From Octopus vulgaris (taxonomy: Eukaryota), in NCBI GenBank assembly GCA_951406725.2, contig OX597827.1:84072001-84136000 (forward strand): a stretch of DNA of 64,000 nucleotides, read 5' to 3'. The notes under the pieces were generated by a model that saw nothing but the letters and a program-made list of their open reading frames with translations, made no database searches and had not been told where the DNA came from. How positions within the stretch are numbered: the stretch's first letter is position 1; every line of letters begins with the position of its first letter. Shown here in pieces: positions 14,849 to 28,300 of the stretch. A program made the translations under genes and the position numbers.

Positions 14849-16042
14849 GGTCCCGGGTTGAATCGGGGTTAACCACAGTAAATAAGGTACTCAATACATA
14901 GCAGAGTAAAATTAATTTATTATATAGAAGGAGCTTCTACAGGACTAGAACTGTTTCATTCAAGAGAAATCTTCAGGAAGCTAGTTAACAAGAATTGTAT
15001 TGGCATTTATACATTTAGGCAGGTTTAAAGGGGTGTTGGTGGGGGACTTTTTTGGGGTAGGCATAGCGCAAAATATCATACTTGGGGGAGTGGTCAAGGA
15101 GTCAGTGTTAAATTAGATAGAAGAATAAATAAAAAAATAAATAAAAAAATAAAATAAGAAAATAAAAAAAGGGGAATAGAGTTTTAGGTAAATAAGGAGA
15201 TTCTCACTTATACCTATGCACACATGTATACATACATACACACACATACAAACATATATACATATACATACACACATACATACACACACATATATATACA
15301 TATACATATACACACATATATATATACATATATATACACTTACACATACATATACATATCTACACATACACATATATGTATACATACACACACTCACATG
15401 CATACACGTATACACACATGTATATATACACACACGACCACACATACATATACGCACAGAAAAATATATATACACATACACACACATACTCACATACACA
15501 CACATATCCACACACACACATGCACACACAGCACACTAGTCCCTATATACACATATATACACATACACACACATATACACACACACACATACATATACAT
15601 ACATGTATATATATATATACATATATATACATATGTGTACCTATGCATACCTACACACACACACATATATATACACATACAAATACAGACCCATTCCCTA
15701 ATTTTAATTTTATTATCTTCGTTTATTACTTTTGTTATCTTTGGCCGCTTGGTCACAAACATCTTGGCTATGACAGCCAGTCCATTTATCTGTCTACTGG
15801 AAAACAAGCACTCATTCACTCACGCACACTCTTTAGCATGTACACTCACTCATTCGTACACTCATACACATACACGCACGCACGCGTTATATTCATACAT
15901 ACATACATCTACATACATTCACGTATATACACATACGTACGCGTACCCTACAGATTCATGTCTACACTCTTAGAAGGCTAGTCTATATATATACACCAAT
16001 AAATATAAATACACACACATACATATACACCTACATACAAAT

Positions 16043-16097
<55 letters not shown>

Positions 16098-16293
16098 CAT
16101 ATATATACGCATATATATACATATATATATACACACACATACGCATACACACACATATACATATATATACACACATACACATACATACATATACACACAT
16201 ACACATACATACGTATACATACATCCATACATACATACATTTATACACATACACACACCCACATACATACATATATATACGCGCATATATATA

Positions 16294-16333
<40 letters not shown>

Positions 16334-19300
16334 CACACATACACGAAGTTAAATATATGTCCTGTCATAGAGTGACCAATGGTCTTGCATCCATGAAGTG
16401 CTTATCTTTATAAACGACTTATCAGACCCCAATGGTTACAGGCATATAACCTTTCTTCAACCTACAGGTAGGAAACAGTTACAGTCAGTTAATTCGCAAA
16501 CAAAAGAATAATATGTCTGAGCCTCGAATGGTATAGGTTATCACCTTTAGCCCTGTCCTGTCAGCAAGTTTTATGAACCCAAAGGGCAAAAGAGGAATCC
16601 TTACCCTTAGGTTGGTTCCAGTCTGCAAATACTTTTTAGAACCCTAGTCAATGAACAGAGAATTCCAGGCCTGCAGCAGGGAGCATTTGAAATGGGGAAA
16701 GGGGCTAGAGATCATATGTCCTGTGTTTAAGGGAGACCTCAGTCCAATGAGTCTTTAAAGATCCTTGTTATGCAAAGCTTATATTGTTTGCTCCTATTTA
16801 AATAGAATCCAGACTGTTCTTTTTTTTTTAGTATGCCACACGTAGCTGGCCACCGATATGACATAATGTTTTTCCAGAACCTTAAATTTAGGACCTGTGG
16901 TTCAACAAGCACCGCTTAAAGGCAGTTCGGGCCCACCTGACATATCTCTGGACTTGAGTACTGGTTGTGCTCTCACTTCTGGTGTATCTTCTGTTGGTTC
17001 CAGGCCTGAAGTTGTTGCTGTTGCTGCTGTCCTTCGTGCTGTTATTACAGATCATGGGTCTTGAGATACTGCTGTTGTTGTTTCTGTTGCAGTAGTAATC
17101 CCCAGCCATAGTGTTGGTGTTAGTGTTGTGGTTGCCATCACTGTTAATTCTGGCCGTGAGGCTGGTAGCTCTACTGGTGCTGGTGTTGGTGCTGTGGTTG
17201 TACTTGTCAGTGCTGCTCTTTCTGCTACTTAATGTGTCGCTGTCACAGCCACTTCTACTGTCGCCATTGTTGCCATTGGATGAGCTGCTGCAGCGAATAC
17301 TCTGATTGCTAGACAAGAACTGCATCCAGGCACACAAGTGCAGATGTTTGTTGAATAGGCACAGCCCAAGGGTCTCCTTTCATTGTGCACATGAATTGAA
17401 TATTAGAAAACATCCATAAAATGTGAGCAGGGGCCAGTTGCTCATGTAGGGAGTATAATGTTGCCCAGTATGTGTGTGGTGGTGGTGATGGTGGTGGGGC
17501 ACATGCAAGGCTGAGGGATTGTGTATGAGGTTGCGGTGGTGGTGGTGGTGGTGGTGGTCGTGGTCGTGTGCAGCCCTAACAAGCAGAGTAATGGCAGCAG
17601 TGGTTCATCCGACAACATTCATGGCAACAACGGGGATGGCCATGGCAGGAACACATCTAGTGGCAGATACAGCAGCATCAACAACTACAACCACAGCACC
17701 AACAGGAGCACTCTAGCCAGAGATGATAACCACACCAGCACCAGTCTCATGCTCACAATTAACAACAACAGCAACCACAACACTATTGGCAACAGCAGCA
17801 ACAACACCAACACTACAGCCGAGGATGACTGCTGCAATGGCAACAACAACAGCATTATTGCTGGACCCACACTCTGCACTAGCAGCACCAACAACAGCAG
17901 TGACAACAACAATAATGGAAGATGCAGCGGAGGGGAGAACATAACAGGCACTCAAGCCTGTTCAACCACAGGTCCTCTTTTAGGGTTCCAGAAAGATGTT
18001 TTGTCACCATATATGGCCAGCCATATGTAGTGTCTTTAGGAGGAAGGAACTCCATATAAAATTAGATGGAGGATCACAGAGCAGCCTGGGTCCTATATAA
18101 ATGTCCACAGACGATGCAAGTTTTCCATTGCAGAATGGGACAGGATCATTAAAAGACTTGCTGGATCTGGAGTCTCTCTTAAATTCAAGACAGAAAATTT
18201 ATAGCCCTTGCCCCCATTTCAAACACTGCCTGCTACAGGCATGAGATTTCTTGTTCACTGATTATGGCTGTAAAAGTATTTGTGGACTGGAATCAACATA
18301 AGGGCAGATTCCCTGTTTGCCCTTTAGGCCCGTAAGATTTGCTGATTGGGCTGGGCTAAGGGTGATAACCCATCCTGTTTAAGGCTCAGACAGTGTTTAC
18401 TATTCTTTTGTTTGCAAATTAACTAACCATAATGGTTTCCTGCCTCCAGGTTGAAGAGAGGTTATATGCATGTGACAATTGGAGTCTGACAAGTCAGCCA
18501 TAAAGTTGAGCACTTTATAGATTTGAAACCATTGGTCACTCTATGACTGGACATATATTTATCATCATCATCATCATCGTTTAGCGTCCACTTTCCATGC
18601 TGGCATGGGTTGGACGGTTCAACTGGGGTCTGGGAAGCCAGAAGGCTGCACCAGGCCAGTCAGATCTGGCAATGTTTCTACAGCTGGATGCCCTTCCTAA
18701 CGCCAACCACTCCATGAGTGTAGTGGGTGCTTTTTACTTGCCAGACGAGGCTGGCAAACGGCCACAATCGGATGGTGCTTTTTAAGTGCCACTGGCACGG
18801 AGGCCAGTCGGAGCAGCGCTGGCAATGGCCACGTTCGGATGGTTCTCTTATGTGCCACCGGCACTGGTATCACAGCTACAATTTCCATTGATGTTGATCG
18901 ATTTTGATTTTGATTTTGATTTTCACTTGCCTCAACGGGTCTTCACAAGTAGAGTTTTGTGTCCCAAGAAGGAAAGGTATGCATACGTGAACTGAGGCCA
19001 TGGGTTATGGTCTCACTTGTCCTGCCGGGTCTTCTCACACACAGCATACTTCCAAAGGTCTCCATCTCTAGTCATTTCCTCGGTGAGACCTAAAGTTCGA
19101 AGGTCGTTCTTCACCACCTCGTCCCAGGTTTTCCTGGGTCTACCTCTTCCACAGGTTCCCTCAACCGCTAGGGTGTGGCACTTTTTCACACAACTATCTT
19201 CATCCATTCTTGCCACATGACCATACCAGCACAAACGTCTCTCTTGCACACCACAACTGATGCTTCTTAGGTCCCACTTTTCTCTTTAGGTAGTTACACT

Positions 19301-22300
19301 CTGTCGAGTATGAACACTGACATTATACATCCATCGGAACATAGTGGCTTCATTTCTTGTGAGCTTATGCATATCCTCAGCAGTCATGGCCCATCTTTCA
19401 CTGCCATGTAGCATGGCTGTTCGTACACATGCGTCATACAGTCTGCCTTTTACTCTGAGCGAGAGGTCTTTTGTCCCTAGAAGAGGTTAGAGCTCTCTGA
19501 ACTTTGCCCAGGCTATACTTACTTTAGCAGTTACACTTTCAACACACCCGCCCCTACTACTGACTTGATCACCTAGGTAACGGAAGCTATCAACTATTTC
19601 TAGTTTTTCTCCCTGGAATGTGGCGGAAGTTGGTCTCTGTGCATGTTCAGTGTTTATTGCTCCTGAGCAACTGCCACGTACAAAAACTATCTTCCTAGTT
19701 AGCCTTCCCTTGACGTTGCTGCACCTCTTATGTGTCCATAGCTTACACTTGGTGCATCTTATAGAGTTTCTACCTACACCTTTTCTACAGATCGAGCAGG
19801 GCCATCTACCTGTCGGCGTTTGTGACTTGTCTACCTTCCTACTTATTAGGACTTTGGTTTTAGCTAGGTTGACTCTAAGGCCCTTCGATTCTAATGCTTG
19901 CTTCCACACCTGAAACTTCTCCTCCAGTTCTGATAGTGACTCAGCAATTAGAGCAAGGTCATTAGTGTAGAGGAGCTCCCAGGGGCATCCTGTCTTGAAT
20001 TCCTCCATAATTGCCTGGAGGACTATGATAAATAGGAGGAGGCTGAGGACTGAACCTTGGTAGACCCCTACCTCTACCCGGAATTCTTCACTCTACTCGT
20101 TGCCAACCCTCACCTTACTAGCAGCATCCCTGTACATGGCTTGCACAGCTCTCACTAACCATTCATCTATCCCTAGTTTCCTCATTGACCACCAGATAAG
20201 TGATCGGGGGACCCTGTCGAAGGCTTTCTCCATGTCAACGAAAGCCAGGTACAGGGGCTTATCTTTGGCTACGTATTTCTCCTGCAGCTGTCTTACCAGG
20301 AATATGGCATCAGTGGTGCTTTTCCCTGGCACGAACCCAAACTGCATCTCATCTAAACTAACTCTCTCTCTAATTAGTTGGGCTATGACCCTCTCTGTAA
20401 CCTTCATTACCTGATCCAACAGCTTGATACCTCTGTAATTATTTGTATCTAGGGTGTCACCTTTACCTTTGTAGCAGTTGACTATTATGCTGCTACACCA
20501 GTACTTGGGAATGACTCCTTCATGTATCACCTGGTTAACTATATGGGTGACTAGGCTATAGCCGACACTACCAGATATTTTGAGCATCTCTGCAGTGATT
20601 CCTGATGGGCCTGGGGCTTTCCCTGTCTTCATGCTTCTAATTGCCTTAACTACCAAGGAACTGTCAACTCGCATAGCTGGTCCCTCTGTTGGGTCGACAT
20701 TCGGCAGACTCTCTTTATCCCATTCATTTTCTTTATTCAGCAACCTTTCATAGTGGCATCTCCAAACCTCTCTCTTTGCATCCTCATTTAGCGCAAGTGA
20801 ACCATCATCCATGCAAAAACATTTCTCTCCTACCACATCACGATTCTCTCTCACACACTTTCTTGCAACACGAAATACCTCAAGTCTTTCATCCTCACAG
20901 TGCAGAACATTGGCAAATTTTTTATTATCTGCTTCCCCTCTGGCTAAATAAACCTGTCCCTAGCTTCCCTTCTGGCAGTCTGATACAATTCCCTGCTACT
21001 CCCATTCTTCCAGTCCTTCCAAGCCTGTTTCTTTTGTCTAATACCCCTGTCAACAATATTGTTCCACCACCATGTTATTTTGGGTCTTGAGGGGACTTTA
21101 CACCAACCACAGATCTGGTCAGTGACTCTCAGCAGGTTGTCCCTTAGAATCCTCCAGTTGTCTTCTACCCCATGTGAAGCTATATCCCCTTCTATTTCGT
21201 CAAAGGCTTCAAGTAATATGTCCCTAAATCTCTGTCCATTCGCAGGATCTTTAAGCTTCCAGATCCTTCTTCTCCATGTTGGTCGTCTTCTGGTCATCCT
21301 CTTAGTCCTGATTCTAAAGTCACTAACCACCAGTCTATGTTGTGGGGTACATTCTTCACCTGGGAAGTTTTTGGCATTTATAAGCAGCCATCTTTCCCTT
21401 TTCCTGGCAAGGATGTAGTGAATTTGGCTAGTATGTCAGCCCGATCGGTAGGTGACTAGGTGGTTGGTAGGTTTCCTGAAGTTAGTATTGCAAACCATAA
21501 GATCATTTGCATCACAGAACTCCAGCTGCCTGGTTCCCTCCTCGTTGCGGGAGCCATAGCCATAGCCTCCATGTACACCATGGAAGCCCCCAGCATGTTT
21601 TCCAACATGCCCATTGAAATCACCAGCCACAAAGAGAAGGTCTCTGTCGTTCGCCAACGAGGTAGTCTGCAGTAGGGCGTCATAGAATTGGTCTTTCTGT
21701 CCATCGGGTAGCCCCGGCTGAGGGGCATAGGCTGAGATAATGGTTGCTAATCCATGATGAAGCACTAATCTAATCTTAAGCATTCTGTCACATACTCTGA
21801 TTACCTCAATTACCTTATCTACCCATTTTCCAGCGAGAAGTATACCCACGCCCCAAACCCCGTCAGTGTTCCCTGCCCAGAAAATCTTGTACCTGTGTTC
21901 TTTGCCTGTGAGGAACCTAGTAGAACCTCCTCTCCACCTTACTTCTTGGATGCAATATATATCAACACGTCTCCGTTCAAGCATCTCAACAATCTCACCA
22001 GACCTACCTTTCAGTGTGCCAATGTTGAGAGTGCCAACCCTGAGGGTGTGGGAGGTATGGGTCCTAGAGACCCTGGGACGGGGAACGGTGGCATCAATTA
22101 CCTGAAAAGAGAGCTCATATTTGGCAGAATTCATAAGCAAAGTAATGATCTGAAGTTCAACCTGCTTACACTACACTATCATGTTTTGCACTGTATGGTC
22201 ACTACCTTATATAGTAGGGGTGGGGTTGGCGTAAGGCTTTTAGGTGTTCATGGGAGACAAGCAAAGGAAGACGAGATAAGGACTTCAGGTACAGGTGGAG

Positions 22301-25300
22301 GGGGCGGGAGGGCAGGTGCACCACCGCGAACTGGGAATGATGGGGTAGGAATTTAAGTGACAGAAAAGACCGATAGATAGGAAAATAGTGTAGGAATTAA
22401 ATAGACAGAGTGATGACCGATAGATGAGGGAGAAAGACAAGATTAGAGACGAAGGGCTGTGTGATCGTGTGATAAGTTTTCATGAGTGAAGGAATATGTT
22501 GTGAGGAAATGCATGAGCTAGGGTTTGAGACGAAAAGACATCGACAGTAAGAAGAAAATAATAAGGGTTTAAGGTGATAATACTCGCAAAATACATGTAA
22601 ATACATTTCTGCCATAACTTTTAGAGTGTGCTTCTTTTGGGATATATGATTCACTGATGATACGTACATACGTATGTATGTATGCATGATAACAGTTTAA
22701 CGCAGCTCCATAAGTTTCACGTATTTGTAAGATGAAGCCATGTCATCAAGTACCTAGAAATGAGTAACAGATTTTGAGACAAATTCAGGACAGCTTCTAC
22801 CTGTTAGGTCTCTATTGGTCAGCTCACATCACATTGTATTCATTCTGCATTAACACCACATAGCATTGGTTGATACAATAAAGTTGTAAGCAATTATTCA
22901 TGGTGTCATGCAGAAGTCTCATAGCCAGAATCTCGTGGTTGAGAAGTAAATAGCTTAACCCCACAGCCATGTTTGCCTCCATACAGGGAATATATTTTAA
23001 ATTTGAAATCGGTTATGAAAGTAATAAAATATTATATTTACTTTTCCTGGAAGAGTTGACAACAAGATGTTTACATTCTTAGATGAATTTAACAGAGGTA
23101 TCCACGAAAGATCAACTTGTGCACCTGGAAGGAGAGAAAATGATCATTCATGCAGTTGTCATTATTCGTGCTGTTGTTGTTTAGCTTCAGATCACCCCAG
23201 TTCAGACAGAGCTCTAATTAAATGTATTCTATTCGTGACCATCCAGTCTATTTGTGTATCTTCAACTAGAGTGTCTTATGTCTTCTTTTCCTTTCTAAAA
23301 CTATAGGGTTTGGCTTTGAGTAATTTGGTCATTATTTGTAGCACATCAAGTGACTGGGTGCAGGTTCTTTTTTATAATGTAGTTTTTACTAAAAGAAGCT
23401 ATACATGTTGTTTAGCCCCAGTTCAAACCTGATCTACAAGATTTGTGATCAAAAATGTTCCTGCAATGACTGTCCTATCCTTTTATTTAGATAAATCTAT
23501 CTAGAACTACATTACCCAATGTACAGTGTAATAGTTACTATCAGTGACTAAATGATGTAATGTGTCCAGCTTTCGTAACAAAAATATAATATGATGTGAA
23601 TCTGCTGCTATTTCTAGTATGTAAAATGACCACTTGGAGGCACCAGCGATGGTTGAGAATCTTTAATACTGATGATGTAGCGGTCAAAGTCCTATGACTA
23701 CTGTTGGGAAATTGTTGCATGTTTATAAAGAAGTCAATTCAAGTTTTCGAAGTAAATTTTAAAATTTATTTGACTTCATTTCCAACAGTTATGTACATGC
23801 ATCTCTACACACACCTGCAAACATGATGGCTGCAACTCATTTGCAAGCAATGCCATCATTAGGTTTTTGTTTTAAGGCAACATGGACATAAGGATCTACA
23901 CTCTTTTGCACAGATGGGTGCCTCTTGCAATCCATGTTTAGGGAACTCATCATCCATCCTGATGCAAACCTTCATTCCATCATGGAATTTTTCATTGAGG
24001 GTTTTGCTTTTTCCATCTGCAGCCAGTCATGGCATGTCGTCTCACATAACAGAGATATTAACAATCAAGATATGTCAGTGCCTAAAACTTTTTAAAGTGA
24101 GGAAACGCCTTGCACAGGGTCAACCCCACTCTAAACAATCTATCTTTGTCCAATAAGAAGAACCAGTCAACTTTATAGGCTACAAATGAAGTTGTAGGTG
24201 TTACATCAGAGTTTTCCTTCTCTTAGAAAGTTTTAACAGAGACTAGGGGTGGGGGGTCTCTCACTCTCAGCTGTTTGATGCCTGTTGATTGAGTTTGTCT
24301 ACGTTTTGGAAGATTTTGTTTGTTCTTTAGCAGGATCATCATCATCATCGTTTAACATCCGTTTTCCATGCTGGCATGGTTTGGGTCTGGGAAGCCAGGA
24401 AGCTGCACCAAGCTCCAATCTGATCTGGCAGTGTTTCTACAGCTGGATGCCAACCACTCCAAGAGCGTAGTGGGTGTTTTTACATTCCACCAGCACAGGG
24501 GCCAGAATGGGCTGGCATTGACCACGTTTGGATGGTGCTTTTATGTGCCAACAGCATGGGAGCCAGTCAAGGCAACGCTGGCATTAGCCACATTTGGATG
24601 GTGCTTTTTATGTGTTACCAGCACGGGGAGCCAGACAGGTGGGGCTGGCATCAGCCACAACTGCAATTTCCATTTGATTGTGTTTGATGTTGATGTTCTC
24701 GACTCAATAGGTCTTCTCAAGCACAGCATGTCGCCCTACGATCCAAACGTACTTTTTGAGTGGGCTGGTTATGTGACACAGGCAATGGCTGTGATCTCAC
24801 TTTATTTGCTGGGTCTTCTCAGTCACAGCATATCTCCAGTGGTCTTGGTTTTTTGTCATTGCCTCTGTGAGGTCCAACGTTCAAAGTTTATGCTTCACCA
24901 CCTCATCCCATGTCCTCAGTCTCTCTCTACCACAGGTTCCTTCAACTGATTGGGAGTAGCACTTCTTCATACAGCTCTCCACATCCATCCATAGTACATG
25001 ACCGTACCAGCACATGCCACATCCGATGATGCTTATGTCCAATATTTCTCTCAGGGTGCTTACACTCTGTCATGTGTGCACACTGACATTACACATCCAG
25101 CTGATCATGCTAGTTTCATTTCTTTCAAGCCTACATATCTCTTCAGCAGTCATGGCCCATGTTTCATTGCCGTGAAGCATGGTAGTTTGCACACAAGCAT
25201 TGTACAATCTGCCTTTCACTCTGAGCGAGAGACCCTTTGTCACCAGTAGGGGTAGAAGCTTTCTAAATTTTGCCCAGGCTATTCTTATTCTAGTGGTAAC

Positions 25301-28300
25301 ACTCTCTAAACATCCACCCCCACTACAGACTTGGTCACCTAGGTAGAGGAAGAGATCAACTACTTCTAGTTTCTCCCCTTGGAGTGTGATGGAATCTGTC
25401 TTCTGAGCATCTGTGGTGTTTAATGCCCCTGTGCATCTGCTGCACACGAAAGCTATCTTCCCGATTAATCTTCTTTGATGTTGCTGCACTTCTTATGCGT
25501 CCATAGCTTACACCGGGTACATCTTATGGAGTGTCTCCTCCTTACTAAGCAGGCTTTGTAGAGTTACCAGTTTAGTCACTGGCAGCCCAACCATGTGACA
25601 GGTTATAGCTGTTACTGGTAGCACTACTTGCATGCATGTGCACACACACACACACACACACACATACATGTGTATGTGAGTGTGTGTGTGTGTGTGTATC
25701 TAGTGTAAAATAAACCAAATTACATCTGGACTGAGGTTTTGTTCAATAGTCTTTCCTATCAGTATGGATAGTTGTGTGCTACTGTTTACAAAAATTAAAT
25801 CTAATGACACTATAGGTGCCTCTTTTCACTTCTGTAGTCTATATTATCAACAGATCATGGAATGAAGAATTTTGAACTATTTCTGATGAAAATTTTCCAG
25901 AATTTGGTTATACTCCATTTAGTTATCAATAAATAATGTAAAATTGATTTCTCACCTGTGTTTCCACGTCCCAAAGCACTATCAAGGTGATTCAAAGCAT
26001 CAAAGACCAACACACATTTTCTTCTCGTTCCAACTAGTTTCAACCATTTCGTTAAATTTTGAAGAATTGTTGCATCAGAAAATGGAATCTCAACTTCTAG
26101 TCCAAAAGAAGCTTTCAACTCTTCATATAATCTAAAATTAGAAATGATTTTGTTTGATACAAGTAAAAAAGCAGATAAAAAGAAGAGGGTTTTGGTGAAG
26201 ATAGTGAAAAGGAAGAGATTTACATAGCTATATAAAAAAAAACAACATATTTCCAGTGAGTCAACAGGTGTGTGTAAGGGAAGAGATCCCACACTGATAA
26301 TGTTGAGGGAGAGGGGGAGGAGGATTGGTACTTCTACATTCAGATGACACAATGGGGACAGGGCACAGCAACTTGTTGAAAGTTAATACAACAAGTATAA
26401 AATGTTTTATAGCTAATGATGAAGTTAATTAGTTCCAGTAATTATGAACTAATTAGAAATATCACATTTCAGATGTTTTGACTTTTCAAAGCAGGAAATT
26501 ATCAGATTTACCTGTGAAACATTTTCAGGCTTGAACAACTTTCAGGTGAACTTCCAATGAAATGTAAAAAGAAGAATGTATCAGGTTCCTTCTGTTCGAG
26601 CCTGAAGCACCAGTTTGCTAGCAGAGAGGATTTACCACAACCTACAAATTAAAAGAAATATAACAAAGAAGCACATAAAGCATGGATTCGTATAACAAAC
26701 TGAACAATCATATAAAATCTCATTTGCAACAACAAAAAGAAAAATGAAATTTATTAATTGTTCCTTGATTAGTGTTAAGGATGTTTTAGGAAAATATCTT
26801 AAGAGATTTTTGTAAAACTGAAGTAGGGAATAGAAATAACCATTTACATCTGATAGGAGGCATGGCTACATAGTCGTGAAGTTTGGTTTTAAATTCAGTC
26901 CTAAAGGGTAGCACCCTGGGCAAGTGTCTTTGATCACAGCCGCAGCTGAACAATGGCTTGTAACAGTGTACTAACATACACAGGTTGTGAGTCAGTGACT
27001 CTCATTGATGCAGTTACCTCACCCAGCATATATTAAAGTTAACTGATTTTGTTGAAAAGTGAAATGAAAATGAAATAGAAGAATTATTTGCTGTTACCAT
27101 TACGTATGTTGTTAACTATGATAGGCTCAGTACACACACACACACTCTATATTTCTCTTTCCCCCTCCCCACACACACATGAATGCCCACATATACCATA
27201 TTGGACCCTTTATCTGGCTTCCAGAAATCCAGGAACACTGTGCAATATACTGTATCTTGTATTGAGTAAACAGACTTTATTTTTGAAGTTGGTTGATTTG
27301 CAGATGATGGGTTAAAACTAGTTTTGTTCTTTACTTTTTTTTTGTGCAATGATAAAGATCAAGCGTACTTTGTTTCAAATTGTTCTAATTTGTATTTGTA
27401 CCTGTTAAATATAACCAGTTCTTTACTTTACTTTATTTAATTTTCATCCTATAAACATTATACTCCATACATAGTAGAGTATAATATAGTTTAAGAATTT
27501 TAAGATTAATAAATATCAAATAGACCCTGCTTTAAAAATGTATTAATTTAAAAACAACTTGGCTTTTTTCTTCTCACACTTTATTTTATACTCTAAGTAT
27601 ATATTTAGATCAGGGGTAAATTACCCCAAGTCAGGTAAAAATGAAATTCTTAGGGGTTAATGAGGACTCATTGAATGTAAGCAAAATTATATAAAAAACA
27701 TGTTCCTTGTTACAACAAAAAATTTTTCTTGTGGCTTAAGGAGGTAGTCAAAAAGTTGCTTCCTTTTGTGAACAAGGATCTTCCACTCCAATGAACATAG
27801 AAACAAAGCAAAGTAAATTATTGAACCCAAAGACTCTGTCCAAATTGCTCTGGCATCAAAATACCTCAATTTTGATGTAACAGCATCATTTCTTCAAAAC
27901 CTGAAGTGAAAAGACTTCAAGAAAAAACTTTTTGTTTCATAATGAGAATATTAATTTGTTTTATTGCATTTGTTTTATGCATTTTATATTTATAATGGTA
28001 TTCTCCGTATAAGTAGATTCAATAAACCTTTCAAATTCAATGAATCTATGATTTTCTTCCTTTCAAATCAAGAGGAGAACGTCAGCATATTTTGGGGTAA
28101 TTGGCTAAAAAAGTTCCCCAACCTCTGATTTAAACTGTCTCTAGAAAATCCAGGGCACTTCCAGGCCCAAACTTGCTGAATAATTGTTTTTATGTCAAAT
28201 TATAATGAAAACAATGTTAAACTGAATAATTAGTCACTACTTTTTGTAGAGTACTTCTTTATTATATTTTTACAGTGACTTCAAAGTTTAATCTGTTAGC

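Noticed and set aside
15113-16375. Long His/Thr/Tyr/Ile- or Cys/Val-rich ORFs (also at 7.8, 33.6, 44.4, 58.4 and 61 kb)
   Set aside because: They are translations of AC/AT microsatellites.
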